From: an uncultured bacterium
Lineage (GTDB): Bacteria > Verrucomicrobiota > Verrucomicrobiia > Limisphaerales > UBA8199
Direction: 5' to 3'
NCBI GenBank assembly: GCA_963749495.1
Contig: CAVVMW010000008.1
Span: forward strand, 160,001 to 224,000
DNA length: 64,000 bases
The position numbers were made by a program, and so were the translations under genes. A model generated the notes under the pieces. That model did not search any database. It saw only the letters and a list, made by a program, of their open reading frames with translations, and was not told the DNA's origin. Positions 50,070-61,338 of this stretch are shown piece after piece; positions within the stretch are counted from its first letter, which is position 1, and every line of letters begins with the position of its first letter.

Positions 50070-51713
50070 TCATTGCCGTGCCTCCAGGAAGGCCTTCAGT
50101 TCGGCGGCGGCCTTGCCGCCGAAACCGGGCACCTGGGCGATTTGTTCGATGCTCGCCAGCCGCAAGCGCTGGACGGAACCGAATTTCTTGAGCAAGGCCG
50201 CCTTGCGGCGCTGGCCGATGCTGGGGAATTCATCCAGGATGCTCTCGGAGATTCTTCGCAGCCGCAACTGGGCGTTATAGGTGTTGGCCAGCCGATGCGA
50301 CTCGTCCCGCACGCGCTGGAGCAGCTTGAGGGCGCCGCTCTCGGCCGGCAACCGCAAGGGTTCCTTTTGGCCGGGCCGATAGATCTCCTCGAACTCCTTG
50401 GCCAGCCCGATGATGGGGATAGCGCTTAACCCGAGCCTCTCCAACTCCGCGCACGCAACCCCGAGCTGTCCCTTCCCTCCATCGATGAGGATCAAGTCCG
50501 GCATACCGGGGGACGGAGGACGGAGGTCGGAGGTCGGAGGTCGGAGGTCGGAGGTCGGAGGATTGTTGACCAGCAACTCTGGCCTCCGATCTCCGGCCTC
50601 CGGTCTCTGTCCTCCGGCCTCCGGCCTCTGTCCTCCGGCCTCCGGCCTCTGGACTGTGGACTGTGGACTCTGGACTGTGGACTCTTTGAGCAGCCTCGAG
50701 TAGCGGCGATGCACCACCTCCGCTATCGAGGCGAAGTCGTCCTGGCCTTCGACGGTTTTGATCTTGAACCTGCGATAGTTGGCGCGGTTGGGCCGGCCGT
50801 TGCGGAAGCTCACGAGCGAGGCGACCTTGAAGGTGCCGCTGATATTCGAGATGTCGAAGCCCTCGATACGGGCCGGGGGCGCGGGCAGGCCCAGGAGCCG
50901 GCCCAACTCGGCCAGGTCCCTCTCCGGGTCGATGGCCAGCGGCAGACTATAGGGCAGGCGCTCGAAGTGGCTGACCTTTTCGGTAGTGCGGCGCAGGTCG
51001 GCCAGGAGGTCGCGCAACTCCGCCGCCCGCTCGTATTCCTGGGCGGCGGCGGCCTTCGTCATCTCCTGGGCGAGTTGCTCTTGCATCTCCTGGCACTGGC
51101 CGGCCAGGAAATCGCAGGCGGCCTTGACTTGTTCGAGGTACTGCTCGCGGGAGACATTGCCGGTGCAAGGAGCGGTGCAATACTTGAGGTGCGCGTAGAG
51201 GCAATGCTTGTAGTCGCGCTCGTTGGGGGTGAGCGAGCGGCAGCCGCGCAGGTGGAATTGGCGGCGCACCAGGGCGAGTGTGCCGCGCAAAGCGCCGGAG
51301 TTCGGGAACGGGCCAAAATAGCGGGCGCCGTCCTCCTGCTGGAGCCGGGTCAGGGTGAAGCGCGGGATCGGGTCGTTGAGGTTCACCTTGAGCATCAGGA
51401 ACCGCTTGTCGTCGCGGAAACTAACGTTGTACCGCGGGTGAAATTCCTTGATCAGCTTGCCCTCCAGGAGCAGCGCCTCCGGTTCGCTCCGCACCACGTG
51501 AAAGTCAAAATCCTGGATCGCCTCGCTCAGCGCCTTGAACTTCAAGTCCCAACCCATGCGGCGCGAGGGCTGAAAATACTGGCTCACACGCTTTCTCAGG
51601 TCCCGCGCCTTGCCCACGTAAATCACCGTCCCGAAACGATCCCGCATCAGGTAGATGCCCGGCTTGTGCGGCAGGGTACCGAGCTTTTTCTTTATATTCT
51701 CCGCCACCGACAT
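50070..51713 (-). CDS. uvrC: Excinuclease ABC subunit C with an in-frame repeat insertion
   Basis: GIY...YVGKARDLRKRV, IEGFDIS, DGGKGQL and RDESH; C-terminal HhH. Confidence 0.95.
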   Translation of the reverse strand: MSVAENIKKKLGTLPHKPGIYLMRDRFGTVIYVGKARDLRKRVSQYFQPSRRMGWDLKFKALSEAIQDFDFHVVRSEPEALLLEGKLIKEFHPRYNVSFRDDKRFLMLKVNLNDPIPRFTLTRLQQEDGARYFGPFPNSGALRGTLALVRRQFHLRGCRSLTPNERDYKHCLYAHLKYCTAPCTGNVSREQYLEQVKAACDFLAGQCQEMQEQLAQEMTKAAAAQEYERAAELRDLLADLRRTTEKVSHFERLPYSLPLAIDPERDLAELGRLLGLPAPPARIEGFDISNISGTFKVASLVSFRNGRPNRANYRRFKIKTVEGQDDFASIAEVVHRRYSRLLKESTVQSPQSTVQRPEAGGQRPEAGGQRPEAGDRRPELLVNNPPTSDLRPPTSDLRPPSPGMPDLILIDGGKGQLGVACAELERLGLSAIPIIGLAKEFEEIYRPGQKEPLRLPAESGALKLLQRVRDESHRLANTYNAQLRLRRISESILDEFPSIGQRRKAALLKKFGSVQRLRLASIEQIAQVPGFGGKAAAELKAFLEARQ

Positions 51714-51801
51714 GCCACCCCCAACTTAGTCCGTGGTTGACGAGTATCCAGCCAAATCCACAGTCCGCAGTCCACAGTCCACCAATTTGGGGTTTCTGGG
51801 G

Positions 51802-52314
51802 TCAGCGCTCGCCCCACTCCCGGATTTCGCCCCAGAGCGGTTCCAGGTCCGGTTCGGCCAGGGCCATCTGCTGGATGGTCCGCTTGCCGCCAGTCCGGGC
51901 TGCGCGAGCCAGCCAGGAGCGGGCGGCCTGGACCTGGCGCATCTGGCAGGCATAGCAAGCCAGATTGAAGGCGATGATGGCCTGGCGCGGGAACCGCTCG
52001 GATGCCGGCAGCAGGGTGTCCCAGGCCGCTTGCAGGCCGCCTTCGGGCACGCGGCGCAAGGCATAGGCCCGGAAGATCCAGCCCGCAGCCCGCTCGGGCG
52101 CTTCCTGGACCAGTTCGCGGGCCACCCGCAGGGCCTCCGGCCAGTTCTTCTCGTCCGACCACAGCGCCCACCGGACTTCCAGCACGTCCGGATGGTTCTG
52201 AGCGGCTGCTGAGATCGAGGCCAGTTCCGCCCTGGCCTCGGCCTGGTTGCCCAACTCCAGCCACCCGGCGGCGGCCGAGAGGCAATGCGTGTCTGGAGGC
52301 TCAAGCGGTCTCAT
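51802..52314 (-). CDS. TPR-like protein
   Basis: AAGWLELGN...FNLACYACQ. Confidence 0.75.
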   Translation of the reverse strand: MRPLEPPDTHCLSAAAGWLELGNQAEARAELASISAAAQNHPDVLEVRWALWSDEKNWPEALRVARELVQEAPERAAGWIFRAYALRRVPEGGLQAAWDTLLPASERFPRQAIIAFNLACYACQMRQVQAARSWLARAARTGGKRTIQQMALAEPDLEPLWGEIREWGER

Positions 52315-52367
52315 CGGGGATACTCAATCCATGTCGCGGGCGGGATGTCAAGCGGAGCGCGGAGTGA

Positions 52368-52460
52368 GGAATGACGAATGACGAATGACGAAGGACGAAG
52401 GACGAAGGACGAGTCCCGGCGTGCAGACTGTGGACTGTGGACTGTGGACTGTGGACTCTG
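52368..52460. repeat. Mixed heptamer arrays (GAATGAC, GAAGGAC, GTGGACT)
   Basis: Read directly from the sequence. Confidence 0.85.
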
Positions 52461-52468
52461 TCCTCCGG

Positions 52469-52897
52469 CTACAGGCTGAGCATCTCTTCCTGGGTGAGGA
52501 GCCGCAGGCCCTGTTGTTCGAGGACGGCGCGGGCCTTGGCCAGTTCGTGGGTCTCGATGATGAGGATGGCCCGGTTGTTGGCGACGAACCCGGAACAGTT
52601 GTCCAGGTTGATGTCGTTGCGCCCGAGGCAGTCGGCGACGGCCTGGAGCGAGCCGGGGCGGTGGGGCACCTCGACGGCGAGGACCTCCAGGCGCGAGACC
52701 ATCAACCCCTTTTCCTGGAGGCACTGCGCCGCCAGGTCCAGCTTGTTGACCAGGAACTTCATCACGCCGAAGCTGCCGCTGTGGGCGATTGTCACCCAAC
52801 AGACGTTCACCCCCGCATCGGCCAGGACCTTGGCGACGCGGGCGGTTTGGCCCGGCTTGTTCTCGACGAACACCGCGAGCAAATTCATGGAACTCAT
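52469..52897 (-). CDS. ACT-domain protein
   Basis: VFVENKPG and EVPHRPGSL; usual neighbour of paaK. Confidence 0.85.
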   Translation of the reverse strand: MSSMNLLAVFVENKPGQTARVAKVLADAGVNVCWVTIAHSGSFGVMKFLVNKLDLAAQCLQEKGLMVSRLEVLAVEVPHRPGSLQAVADCLGRNDINLDNCSGFVANNRAILIIETHELAKARAVLEQQGLRLLTQEEMLSL

Positions 52898-52899
52898 AG

Positions 52900-54204
52900 T
52901 CACAAGGAGCGTTTGTCGATCACCCGTTTGGCCTTGCCCTCGGCGACGGGCAGGGCCCCGGCGGGGACCAGGTCCACCTTGGGCCGCACGAACAGTTCGG
53001 CCTTGAGTTGGTCGACCAGCCGCTGCTGGAGCGCGGCCAGGTGCTCGACCTGGCCGTCAAAGGCGGCGGCGGCCAACTCGACCTTGATCGTCATGTCATC
53101 CAGGCCCTCCAGCAGGATAAGGTAGTTGCGGCCGACCTGCGGGGCGGACATGAGGATGCGCTCGATCTGCTGCGGGAAGATGTTGACGCCGCGCACGATG
53201 AGCATGTCGTCGGAGCGGCCGGTGATGCGGTTGAGGCGGCGGTGGGTGCGGCCGCAAGCGCAGGGCTCGGGCAGGATCGAGGTGATGTCCCGCGTGCGGT
53301 AGCGGAGCAGGGGCATGGCCTCGCGCCGGAGGGTGGTCAGGACCAACTCGCCCGGCGCGCCCAGCGGCACTGGCTGGCCCGTGGCCGGGTCGATGATCTC
53401 CAGCAGGAAATGGTCCTCCCACAGGTGCAAGCCGGCCTTGTGCTCGCACTCGAAGGCGACGCCGGGGCCGTTCATCTCGGTCAGGCCGTAGGAGTTGTAA
53501 ACGTCGATGCCGAAGGCCTGCTCGATTCTCCGGCGCGTCTCCTCGGTATGGGGTTCGGCGCCCACGAAGGCCTTGCGCAGGGCAAGGTCTTTGCCGGGCT
53601 TGAGGCCCCGCTGTTCGAGGAACCCGGCAAAGTAGAGGGCGTAGCTGGGCAGGATGTGGATGGCGGTGGTGCGGAAGTCCTGCATGAGCATCAGTTGCCG
53701 CTCCGAAGTCCCGGGCCCGGCGGGGATGACCAGGCAGCCCACCTTCTCGGCGCCGTAATGCATGATGAGGCCGCCCGTGAACAGCCCGTAGCTCATCATG
53801 TTCTGGAGCACGTCTGCGCGGGTGACGCCGGTTGCGACCAGCGAGCGGGCGATCAACTCGGCCGAGTTGTTGATATCGTCGCGCGAGAAGAAGATGGCCT
53901 TGGGCTTGCCGGTCGTGCCGCTGGAAGTGTGGAGGCGCACCGGAGCGTGCGGTTCGATCGCCAGGAGGCCGTCCGGGTAAGTGGCCCTCAGGTCGGCCCC
54001 GGTCGTGAAGGGCAGCCGCTGCACGTCCTCCAGCGACTGGATGGCCTCGGGTTTGACCCCCAGTTGGGCCAGTTTCTCACGGTAAAACGGCACGCGTTGG
54101 GCCACGCGCCCAACCGTCTCCTGCAGCCGTTTGAGTTGCAGCCGCTCCAGCGCCGCGCGCGGCAAAGTCTCCGTTTCTCTGTCCCAATACATTTGAAGCA
54201 TCAC
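52900..54204 (-). CDS. paaK: Phenylacetate-CoA ligase family protein
   Basis: HTSSGTTGKP, YGLTEMNGPG, RYRTRD and GRSDDMLIVRGVN. Confidence 0.9.
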   Translation of the reverse strand: MMLQMYWDRETETLPRAALERLQLKRLQETVGRVAQRVPFYREKLAQLGVKPEAIQSLEDVQRLPFTTGADLRATYPDGLLAIEPHAPVRLHTSSGTTGKPKAIFFSRDDINNSAELIARSLVATGVTRADVLQNMMSYGLFTGGLIMHYGAEKVGCLVIPAGPGTSERQLMLMQDFRTTAIHILPSYALYFAGFLEQRGLKPGKDLALRKAFVGAEPHTEETRRRIEQAFGIDVYNSYGLTEMNGPGVAFECEHKAGLHLWEDHFLLEIIDPATGQPVPLGAPGELVLTTLRREAMPLLRYRTRDITSILPEPCACGRTHRRLNRITGRSDDMLIVRGVNIFPQQIERILMSAPQVGRNYLILLEGLDDMTIKVELAAAAFDGQVEHLAALQQRLVDQLKAELFVRPKVDLVPAGALPVAEGKAKRVIDKRSL

Positions 54205-55223
54205 CTCCTGGCGGTCTTGAGGACGGCGGGGGGTTCGACCGCTTTCTTATAGCAGAGCAGGCCCTCGACAATCGCCTGGGCGATCTGGCGGCGGTAGGTC
54301 GGGTCCAGAATCTTGCGGCCCTCGCCGGGATGCGACATGAAGCCGGCCTCGATGAGGATGGCGGGCATGACGGCGTCCTTGAGGACGACAAAGCGGGCGC
54401 GGCGCACGCCGCGGTCTTCGGTCTCCAGGTTCCGGGTGAGGGCCTTCTGCACCAGGTAAGCCAGGAAGAGGTTCTTGTCGTTGAGGTGGTTGCCGGGGCA
54501 GGGGGCGCAGTTGCCGGCCTCGCCGCGCGCGTTGGTCGAGGCCGCCCCGGCGGGGGTCAGGCAATAGACTTCGGTGCCGCGGACGGAATTGGGGGCGGCT
54601 TCCGCAGCGTTGAAATGGAGGCTGACGAAGAGGTCGGCCTTGCGGCGTTTGGCCTGTTCCGGCCGGTCGGCCAGTTCGACTGCGGAGTCTGAGTTGCGGG
54701 TCAGGGCGACCTTGAAGCCAGCGCGGGTCAGTTGCTGGCGCAATTCCTTGGCCAGGAGCAGGTTGCACTTGGCCTCCACGTTGTTGCCCACGCAGAAACC
54801 AGGGTCTTTGCCGCCGTGGCCCGGGTCCAGGCAGATGCTCCGGATGCGGGATGCGCCCAGGCAGTTGGTGGGCGGGGAGAGGATCGGGTGCAAGGTCGAG
54901 CGGAGGTCCTCTTGGGCGATATAGACCGTGCCGTTGCGGTGGGCCAGCGGGCAGAGCAGCCAGACCTGGATGCCGTTGATAAGGGCCTCGCAGGAATCGA
55001 CCGCCAGGAACAGCCGCGCCGAACGCCCGGTCACTTGGATGGTTTCGTCCTTCTTGAGCCACTCGACCTTCAGACCGTTGGTCCGGGCCCAATCGGTCAG
55101 ACGCACATACGCGCACTCCCTGCCGGCAACCTGCAGTTGGATCTGTTCCGGGCTGCGGGGCGCGCCCATGGCGCAGCCTAGGCCGGCCGCCAGCGCCAGC
55201 CCCAGAAGAAATGCCGACTTCAT
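54201..55223 (-). CDS. N-acetylmuramoyl-L-alanine amidase (Amidase_3)
   Basis: LDPGHGGKDPG, FVSLHFN and ILIEAGFMS. Confidence 0.92.
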   Translation of the reverse strand: MKSAFLLGLALAAGLGCAMGAPRSPEQIQLQVAGRECAYVRLTDWARTNGLKVEWLKKDETIQVTGRSARLFLAVDSCEALINGIQVWLLCPLAHRNGTVYIAQEDLRSTLHPILSPPTNCLGASRIRSICLDPGHGGKDPGFCVGNNVEAKCNLLLAKELRQQLTRAGFKVALTRNSDSAVELADRPEQAKRRKADLFVSLHFNAAEAAPNSVRGTEVYCLTPAGAASTNARGEAGNCAPCPGNHLNDKNLFLAYLVQKALTRNLETEDRGVRRARFVVLKDAVMPAILIEAGFMSHPGEGRKILDPTYRRQIAQAIVEGLLCYKKAVEPPAVLKTARR

Positions 55224-55358
55224 TCGGGCGCATCCTGCCCGGTGTCACGGCAAAGGTCAATCAGGTTTTCAACCTGGATCTTCCCCGCGAAATGTGATTG
55301 CCTCCGGGCCGAACGTCGCGTAGTCTCGCAGCCCGTCGCGCATCAAAAAACAAAGCTT

Positions 55359-56646
55359 ATGGAAAAATCTGCTGAACTAATACTCAATGGAACCCGGCAC
55401 AGTCTGCCTGTTGTCGTGGGTTCGGAAAAGGAACGGGCGGTCGACATCTCGGGGTTGCGCAACGAGACGGGCTTCATCACGCTGGACGACGGTTACGCCA
55501 ATACCGGCTCCTGCCAGAGCCAGATCACCTTCATCGACGGGGAGCAGGGCATCCTGCGCTATCGGGGGATTCCCATCGAGGAGTTGGCCGAGAAGTCCAC
55601 GTTCATCGAGGCGGCGCACCTGCTGATTATGGGCCGGCTGCCGACCAGCGCGGAGCTGAGGCGCTTTTCGGACCTGCTGACCGAGAACGAACTGCTCAAC
55701 GAGGCGATGAAGCACCATTTCGAGGGGTTCCCGGCCCATGCCCACCCGATGGCCATCCTCTCCTCGATGATCAATGCCTCCAGTTGCTTCTACCCCGAGT
55801 TGCTCGAGTACCGGGAGCAGCGACCACTTCGAGGTCGGCGCCGCCCGGCTCCTGTCCCAGGTGCGCACCATCGCCGCCTTCGCCTACCGCAAGTCGCGCG
55901 GCCTGCCCATCAATTACCCCAAGCCGGACCTGAAGTACACGGCCAATTTCCTGCACATGATGTTCTCGCTGCCCTACCAGGACTACGACCTCAAGCCGGA
56001 GGCGGTCAAGGCCCTGGATTTGATCTTCCTGCTGCACGCGGACCACGAGCAGAACTGCTCGACGGCGACGGTGCGGATGGTGGCGTCGAGCCGGGCCAAC
56101 CTCTTTGCGAGCGCGGCCGCGGGGGTCTGCGCCCTGTGGGGCCCGCTGCACGGGGGGGCCAACCAGGCGGTGCTCGAAATGCTGGAGACCATCCATCGCG
56201 CGGGCGACGACGGCTCCAGGTTCATCGCCGCCGCCAAGGACAAGAACAGCGGCAAGCGCCTGATGGGCTTCGGCCACCGCGTCTATAAGCACTACGACCC
56301 GCGGGCCAAGATCATCAAGCGGGTCTGTGACGAACTGCTGGAAAAGCTCCATATCGCCGACCCGTTGCTGGATATCGCGAAGCACCTCGAAGAGGCCGCC
56401 CTGCGCGATTCGTATTTCGTCGAGCGCAAGCTCTACCCCAACGTGGATTTCTACAGCGGCATCATCATGCGGGCCATCGGCATCCCTCTGGAGATGTTCA
56501 CCGTCATTTTCGCCATCGGCCGCATGCCGGGCTGGATTGCCAATTACAAGGAAGTGATGCAGGCGCCCCAGCGTATCTACCGGCCGCGCCAGATCTACAC
56601 CGGGCCGGTGCTCAACCATTACGTGCCGCTTAAAGAGCGGAAATGA
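55359..56646 (+). CDS. gltA: Citrate synthase (1-bp frameshift at ~55814)
   Basis: [33 protein letters not shown] and YPNVDFYSG. Confidence 0.93.
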
Positions 56647-57881
56647 ACCTGCACGAGCACCAGGCCAAGCAGTTGCTGGCGGGCCGTGGAGTGGCCCTGC
56701 CGCCCGGCAGCGTTTGCGAAACCCCGGAAGCGGCCCGGGATGCCGCCCAGGCCCTCCTGGACCAGGGCGCCTGGCGCACCGCCGTCAAGGCCCAGATTCA
56801 CGCCGGCGGCCGCGGCAAGGGCACCTTCAAGAATGGTTACCAGGGCGGCGTCAAGCTCTGCCGGACGGCGCCCGAGGTCTTCGACAGCGCCAAGGCCATG
56901 CTGGGCAACGTGCTGGTGACCAAGCAGACCGGCCCGGAGGGGCGGCTGGTCCGCAAGCTGCTCGTGGCGCTGGCGCCAAACATCCGCAAAGAGCTTTACC
57001 TGGCCGTCCTGCTCGACCGCGCCCACTCGCGCCCGGTGCTCATGGCCAGCACCCAAGGGGGCATGGACATCGAGGAGGTGGCCGCCAAGTCACCGGAGCA
57101 GATCGTCCGCGAAACCGTTGACCCGGCCCTGGGCCTGATGCCCCACCAGGGGCGCAAAGTGGCCGTCGCCCTTGGGCTCAAAGGCGATTTGATCGCCCAG
57201 GGAGCCAAGCTGCTGCTCGGGGTATTTCAGACCTGGTGGGAGTGCGAGGCCTCGCTGGTGGAAATCAACCCGCTCTGCATCGTCGAGGACGCCCAGGGCA
57301 AACTCGCGCTCCTGGCCGTGGATGCCAAAATGGCCCTGGACGACAACGCCCTCTGGCGTCACCCGGACCTGGCGGCCATGCGCGACCTGGCCGAGGAGGC
57401 CCCGCTCGAAATCGAGGCGGGCAAACACAACCTCAATTATATCAAGCTCGATGGCAACATCGCCTGCCTGGTCAACGGCGCGGGGCTGGCCATGGCCACG
57501 ATGGACATCATTCAGCACTTCGGCGGACGGCCTGCCAATTTCCTGGATGTCGGCGGCGGGGCCAGCCAGAACCAGGTCACCGCCGCCTTCCGCATCATCC
57601 TCCAGGATGGCAACGTCCAGGGCATCCTGGTCAACATCTTTGGCGGCATCATGGACTGCAATATCATCGCCCAGGGCATCGTGGCGGCCGTCAAGGAGAC
57701 CGGCTTAACGCTCCCGCTGGTCGTGCGCCTGGAGGGCAACAATGTCCAGACCGCCCGGCAGACCCTCGCTGGCTCGGGCCTCACACTTATCAGCGGCACC
57801 TCGATGGCCGACGCGGCCCAGAAGGTGGTCGGCGCCGTGGCCCGCGCAAGGGCGGGAAGGGGAATGACGAATGACGAATGA
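56643..57881 (+). CDS. sucC: Succinyl-CoA ligase beta subunit
   Basis: [21 protein letters not shown] and [11 protein letters not shown]. Confidence 0.96.
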   Translation: MNLHEHQAKQLLAGRGVALPPGSVCETPEAARDAAQALLDQGAWRTAVKAQIHAGGRGKGTFKNGYQGGVKLCRTAPEVFDSAKAMLGNVLVTKQTGPEGRLVRKLLVALAPNIRKELYLAVLLDRAHSRPVLMASTQGGMDIEEVAAKSPEQIVRETVDPALGLMPHQGRKVAVALGLKGDLIAQGAKLLLGVFQTWWECEASLVEINPLCIVEDAQGKLALLAVDAKMALDDNALWRHPDLAAMRDLAEEAPLEIEAGKHNLNYIKLDGNIACLVNGAGLAMATMDIIQHFGGRPANFLDVGGGASQNQVTAAFRIILQDGNVQGILVNIFGGIMDCNIIAQGIVAAVKETGLTLPLVVRLEGNNVQTARQTLAGSGLTLISGTSMADAAQKVVGAVARARAGRGMTNDE

Positions 57882-58012
57882 CGAATCCAGCGGCCAGACC
57901 GCCTGCTCAGGAGGGCTCTTCCGATCTGGGAGCTTGGAATCAGGACGTTGTGCCGGGTTTCACTCGCGCGCGAAGCGTGCCTTTTCGTCATTCGTCATTC
58001 GTCATTCGTCAT
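57862..58012. repeat. Inverted heptamer arrays (GAATGAC)n...(GTCATTC)n, supplying the sucC stop codon
   Basis: SucC ends ...GMTNDE* inside the array. Confidence 0.85.
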
Positions 58013-58054
58013 TTGGCGCACCAGCGTGCCCAGCCGCTTTTTGAACGCACACCT

Positions 58055-58944
58055 ATGTCCATTCTCATCACACCCCAGACTCGCGTCATGGTCCAGGGCA
58101 TCACCGGCGGCTTCGGCGCGCGGCACACGCAACTGAGCCTGGCCTATGGCACTCAGGTCGTGGCCGGGGTCACGCCCGGCAAGGGCGGGCAGCTCTTCGA
58201 GGGGAAGGTCCCGATTTTCGACACCGTTGCCCAGGCGGTGAAAGAGACCGGCGCCACCGCCTCGGCCATCTTTGTTCCGCCCGCGTTCGCAGCGGATGCG
58301 ATTCTCGAAGGGGTCGAGGCCGGACTGGAGCTTGTCGTCTGCATTACCGAAGGCATTCCGGTCAAGGACATGATCCAGGTGAAACGGGCGATGGAGGGCA
58401 AGGCGACGAGGCTGATCGGCCCAATTGCCCCGGGGTGGTCACACCGGGCGAGGGCAAGGAGTCGCACGGCGGCTGCCGGATTGGCATCGCCCCGAGCTAT
58501 ATCCACAAGCGCGGCCATGTGGGCGTGGTCTCCCGCAGCGGGACCCTCACCTATGAGGCGGTGTGGCAACTGACCTGCCGCGGCGTGGGCCAGTCCACAT
58601 GCGTCGGCATCGGCGGCGACCCGGTCCAGGGGACCTCCCACCTGGATGTCATCCGGATGTTCAACGACGATCCCGAGACCCACGGCATCATTGTGATCGG
58701 CGAGATCGGCGGTTCCGCCGAAGAGGAGGCGGCGCGGTGGATTGGGGAGCACTGCCGCAAGCCGGTGGCCGGTTTCGTGGCCGGCGCCACCGCTCCGCCC
58801 GGCCGGCGGATGGGCCATGCCGGCGCCATCGTCAGTGGCGGCGCCGGCACGGCTGCCGCCAAGATCCAGGCCTTTAGAGCGGCCGGCATCGGCGTCGCCC
58901 CGACCCCCTCGGAAATGGCGGAAACGTTGTTGAAGCTGATGTAG
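58055..58944 (+). CDS. sucD: Succinyl-CoA ligase alpha subunit (1-bp frameshift at ~58421)
   Basis: [14 protein letters not shown] and [14 protein letters not shown] is broken by a missing C. Confidence 0.94.
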
Positions 58945-58988
58945 GACCTGGGGCATTATCGGCGGCGTCGCGGGCGCGACGCCGGACG

Positions 58989-59879
58989 ATGTCGCTCATT
59001 GATGCCATCCTGAACCTGGCCGGGCTGTTGCTGTGGCTGAACTGGCGCTCGATGCGGTTTGACCCGCTGGCGCGCACTTCGGCCGCCACGCTGGCCGGCA
59101 CGCTCAAGCGGGCTGAACCCCGGCGGCTTGGAGGCTGGCAATTCCTGGGGGGCCTGGCGGGTCTGCTGGTGCTCCGGGCCTTGCTCTACTGGCAGGTAGG
59201 CGGGGCGGCGGATTGGACGCCCAAACTGGACCTCAACTGGGTGGTGCTGGCCTTCCAATGCGACCGGCTGGCGCTTCGGGGCGATGTCCTGGGCACGGCG
59301 CTTCTCTACTCGGTCCTGAGCTTTCTGCGTGTCCTGGCGGTGTTCTACTTCTGGCTGCTGGCGCTGGCGGTCATCAACCGGCGGGTGGCTCAGACCGACC
59401 CGGTGCAGAGGCTCCTGCGGTCGCACTTGGGGCTCGCAGGGCGCTGGCCTTGGCCGGTCCAGTGTCTGCTGCCCTGGGTCCTCATAGCCGGCCTCTGGAT
59501 GGCCCTCCACCCGTTGCTGGTCCACCTCAATGTCATCGGCAAGGCCCAGTCCCAGGCGCACGTGGTGGAACAGGGCCTCCTGGTAGGCGGCGGGATCTAT
59601 CTCAGCCTGAAGTATCTGCTGCCGGTCTTTTTGCTCGTCCACCTGGTCATTAGCTATGTGTACCTGGGCCAAAGCCCCCTTTGGGACTTCATCAGCATCA
59701 CCGCCCAGAACGTGCTGGCCCCGATGCGCCGGCTGCCGCTCCGCTACGCCACGGTGGATTTTGCCCCGCTGGCGGGGGCGGTCCTGATCTGCCTGCTCCT
59801 TCACGTCCTGCCGGTCCATGGCCTGCCCTGGCTCGAGGCGCGATGGAACCTGGCGCTCTGGCCGCGCTGGCCGCAGTAA
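58989..59879 (+). CDS. YggT-like membrane protein
   Basis: Multiple TM segments; LAPMRRLPL...VDFAPL. Confidence 0.7.
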   Translation: MSLIDAILNLAGLLLWLNWRSMRFDPLARTSAATLAGTLKRAEPRRLGGWQFLGGLAGLLVLRALLYWQVGGAADWTPKLDLNWVVLAFQCDRLALRGDVLGTALLYSVLSFLRVLAVFYFWLLALAVINRRVAQTDPVQRLLRSHLGLAGRWPWPVQCLLPWVLIAGLWMALHPLLVHLNVIGKAQSQAHVVEQGLLVGGGIYLSLKYLLPVFLLVHLVISYVYLGQSPLWDFISITAQNVLAPMRRLPLRYATVDFAPLAGAVLICLLLHVLPVHGLPWLEARWNLALWPRWPQ

Positions 59880-59880
59880 G

Positions 59881-60000
59881 AAAGGCTAAAGGCTGAAGGC
59901 TAAAGGCTAAAGTGCAGAGACTCAGTTTGTCTGGCGCCGCGCCCGCCGTTCTCCTTTAGCCTTTAGCCTTTAGCCTTTAGCCTTCAGCCTTTAGCCTTTA
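59881..60000. repeat. Inverted heptamer arrays (AAGGCTA)n...(TAGCCTT)n
   Basis: Lies between convergent genes and overlaps the kinase stop. Confidence 0.9.
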
Positions 60001-61090
60001 ACTCCACGGGCAGTTTCAGCGTGACGGTGGTCTCGACGCCCGGCTGGCTCTGGATGGTCAGGCTGCCGCCGTGGAGTTCGGTCAGGCGTTTGGCAATGAT
60101 CAGGCCCAGGCCAAGGCCTTGCTGCTCGTGGAGCTTGCGGTCGAATTGCGTGTAGGCGCCGATGCGGCTGATCTGGTCGGGGGTCAGCCCGCGGCCATGG
60201 TCGGTGATGGCCAGGGCGACCCCATCGGGCGTGGAGCGGAGCCGGACACGGACGACGGTTGACAGGGTGGAGAACTTGAAGGCGTTTTGGACCAACTCGT
60301 CGACGATCTTGGCCAGGTAATCCGCGGAGACGGGAATTGGGCTGTCGGACAGTTCGAGGAGCAGGTCGGGTGTGCGTCCGGCGAGCAGGGCCTGGGCCCG
60401 GGCATGTTCGGCGATCAGCTCGGTTGGGAAGCTGGTGGTCTGGGCGGTCAGGGAACTGAGCAGGTGCGGTTCGGTGCCCAGGAGTTCGATCTGGGTGTAG
60501 ATGAGGAAGTTCTCGACGAGGCGCTCCAGGCGTTTGCCCGAGTCGTAAATGATCTGGCCCATCTCGGCGACCTCCTTGGGAGGCAGCGAATTGGCCTCGG
60601 CGGTCAGGATTTCGCCGTAGGCGAGGATGCCGTTGAGGGGGGTGCGCATCTCATGGGGGAGCATGAGACTGATGTTGGTGCGCAAGTCGGCCAGGTCCTT
60701 CTCGGCGGCCTGGCGAAGGGTCTGGGCCTTCTTGAGCCGCGCCTCGACTGCGGCATAGAGGGCCTCCAGCGTGAAGGGCTTGGGCAGGTAATCGTCCGCG
60801 CCCAACTCCATGCCGTGGCGCATGCCGGCGTGGTCGGCCCGGCCGGTCATTAGAATGAAGGGAATAAAGGAGGTGGCCAGCTCGCTCCGGAGCGCCGAGA
60901 GCGTGACATACCCGTCCACCCTCTCCATGTTCACATCGCACAAGATCAGGTCCGGCAACTCCTTGCGGGCCGCCTCGATGCCCTGCGGACCGTTCTCGGC
61001 CAGCACGACCTCAAAACCCTTCTGGCGCAACGCCACCTGCAGCATGTCGCGCAGCCATTCCTCATCATCGATGACCAGGATCTTCTTCAT
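59984..61090 (-). CDS. Hybrid response regulator/histidine kinase
   Basis: ILVIDDE...LCDVNM; HEMRTPL, NAFKF, DHGRG and GLGLGL. Confidence 0.93.
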   Translation of the reverse strand: MKKILVIDDEEWLRDMLQVALRQKGFEVVLAENGPQGIEAARKELPDLILCDVNMERVDGYVTLSALRSELATSFIPFILMTGRADHAGMRHGMELGADDYLPKPFTLEALYAAVEARLKKAQTLRQAAEKDLADLRTNISLMLPHEMRTPLNGILAYGEILTAEANSLPPKEVAEMGQIIYDSGKRLERLVENFLIYTQIELLGTEPHLLSSLTAQTTSFPTELIAEHARAQALLAGRTPDLLLELSDSPIPVSADYLAKIVDELVQNAFKFSTLSTVVRVRLRSTPDGVALAITDHGRGLTPDQISRIGAYTQFDRKLHEQQGLGLGLIIAKRLTELHGGSLTIQSQPGVETTVTLKLPVELKAKG

Positions 61091-61174
61091 TTGCTCAGTG
61101 CCATTGGCCCCAGCCTAGAACACTCATCGGCAAGTTGTCCACTTGGTTTAGGCGGTTCCGGGCCGGGCGGAACC

Positions 61175-61338
61175 CAAAGGCTAAAGGCTAAATTAAAGGC
61201 TAAAGGCTAAAGGCTGAAGGCTAAAGGCCGGAGGCGGGCGTTGCCTTGTCCATTTCGTCCCTCACGTCGCTTATGTCCCTTTTGTCCCTCAAGCCCAGCC
61301 TTCCGCACTTTAGCCTTTAGCCTTCAGCCTTTAGCCTT
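61175..61338. repeat. Inverted heptamer arrays (AAGGCTA)n...(TAGCCTT)n
   Basis: Read directly from the sequence. Confidence 0.85.
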
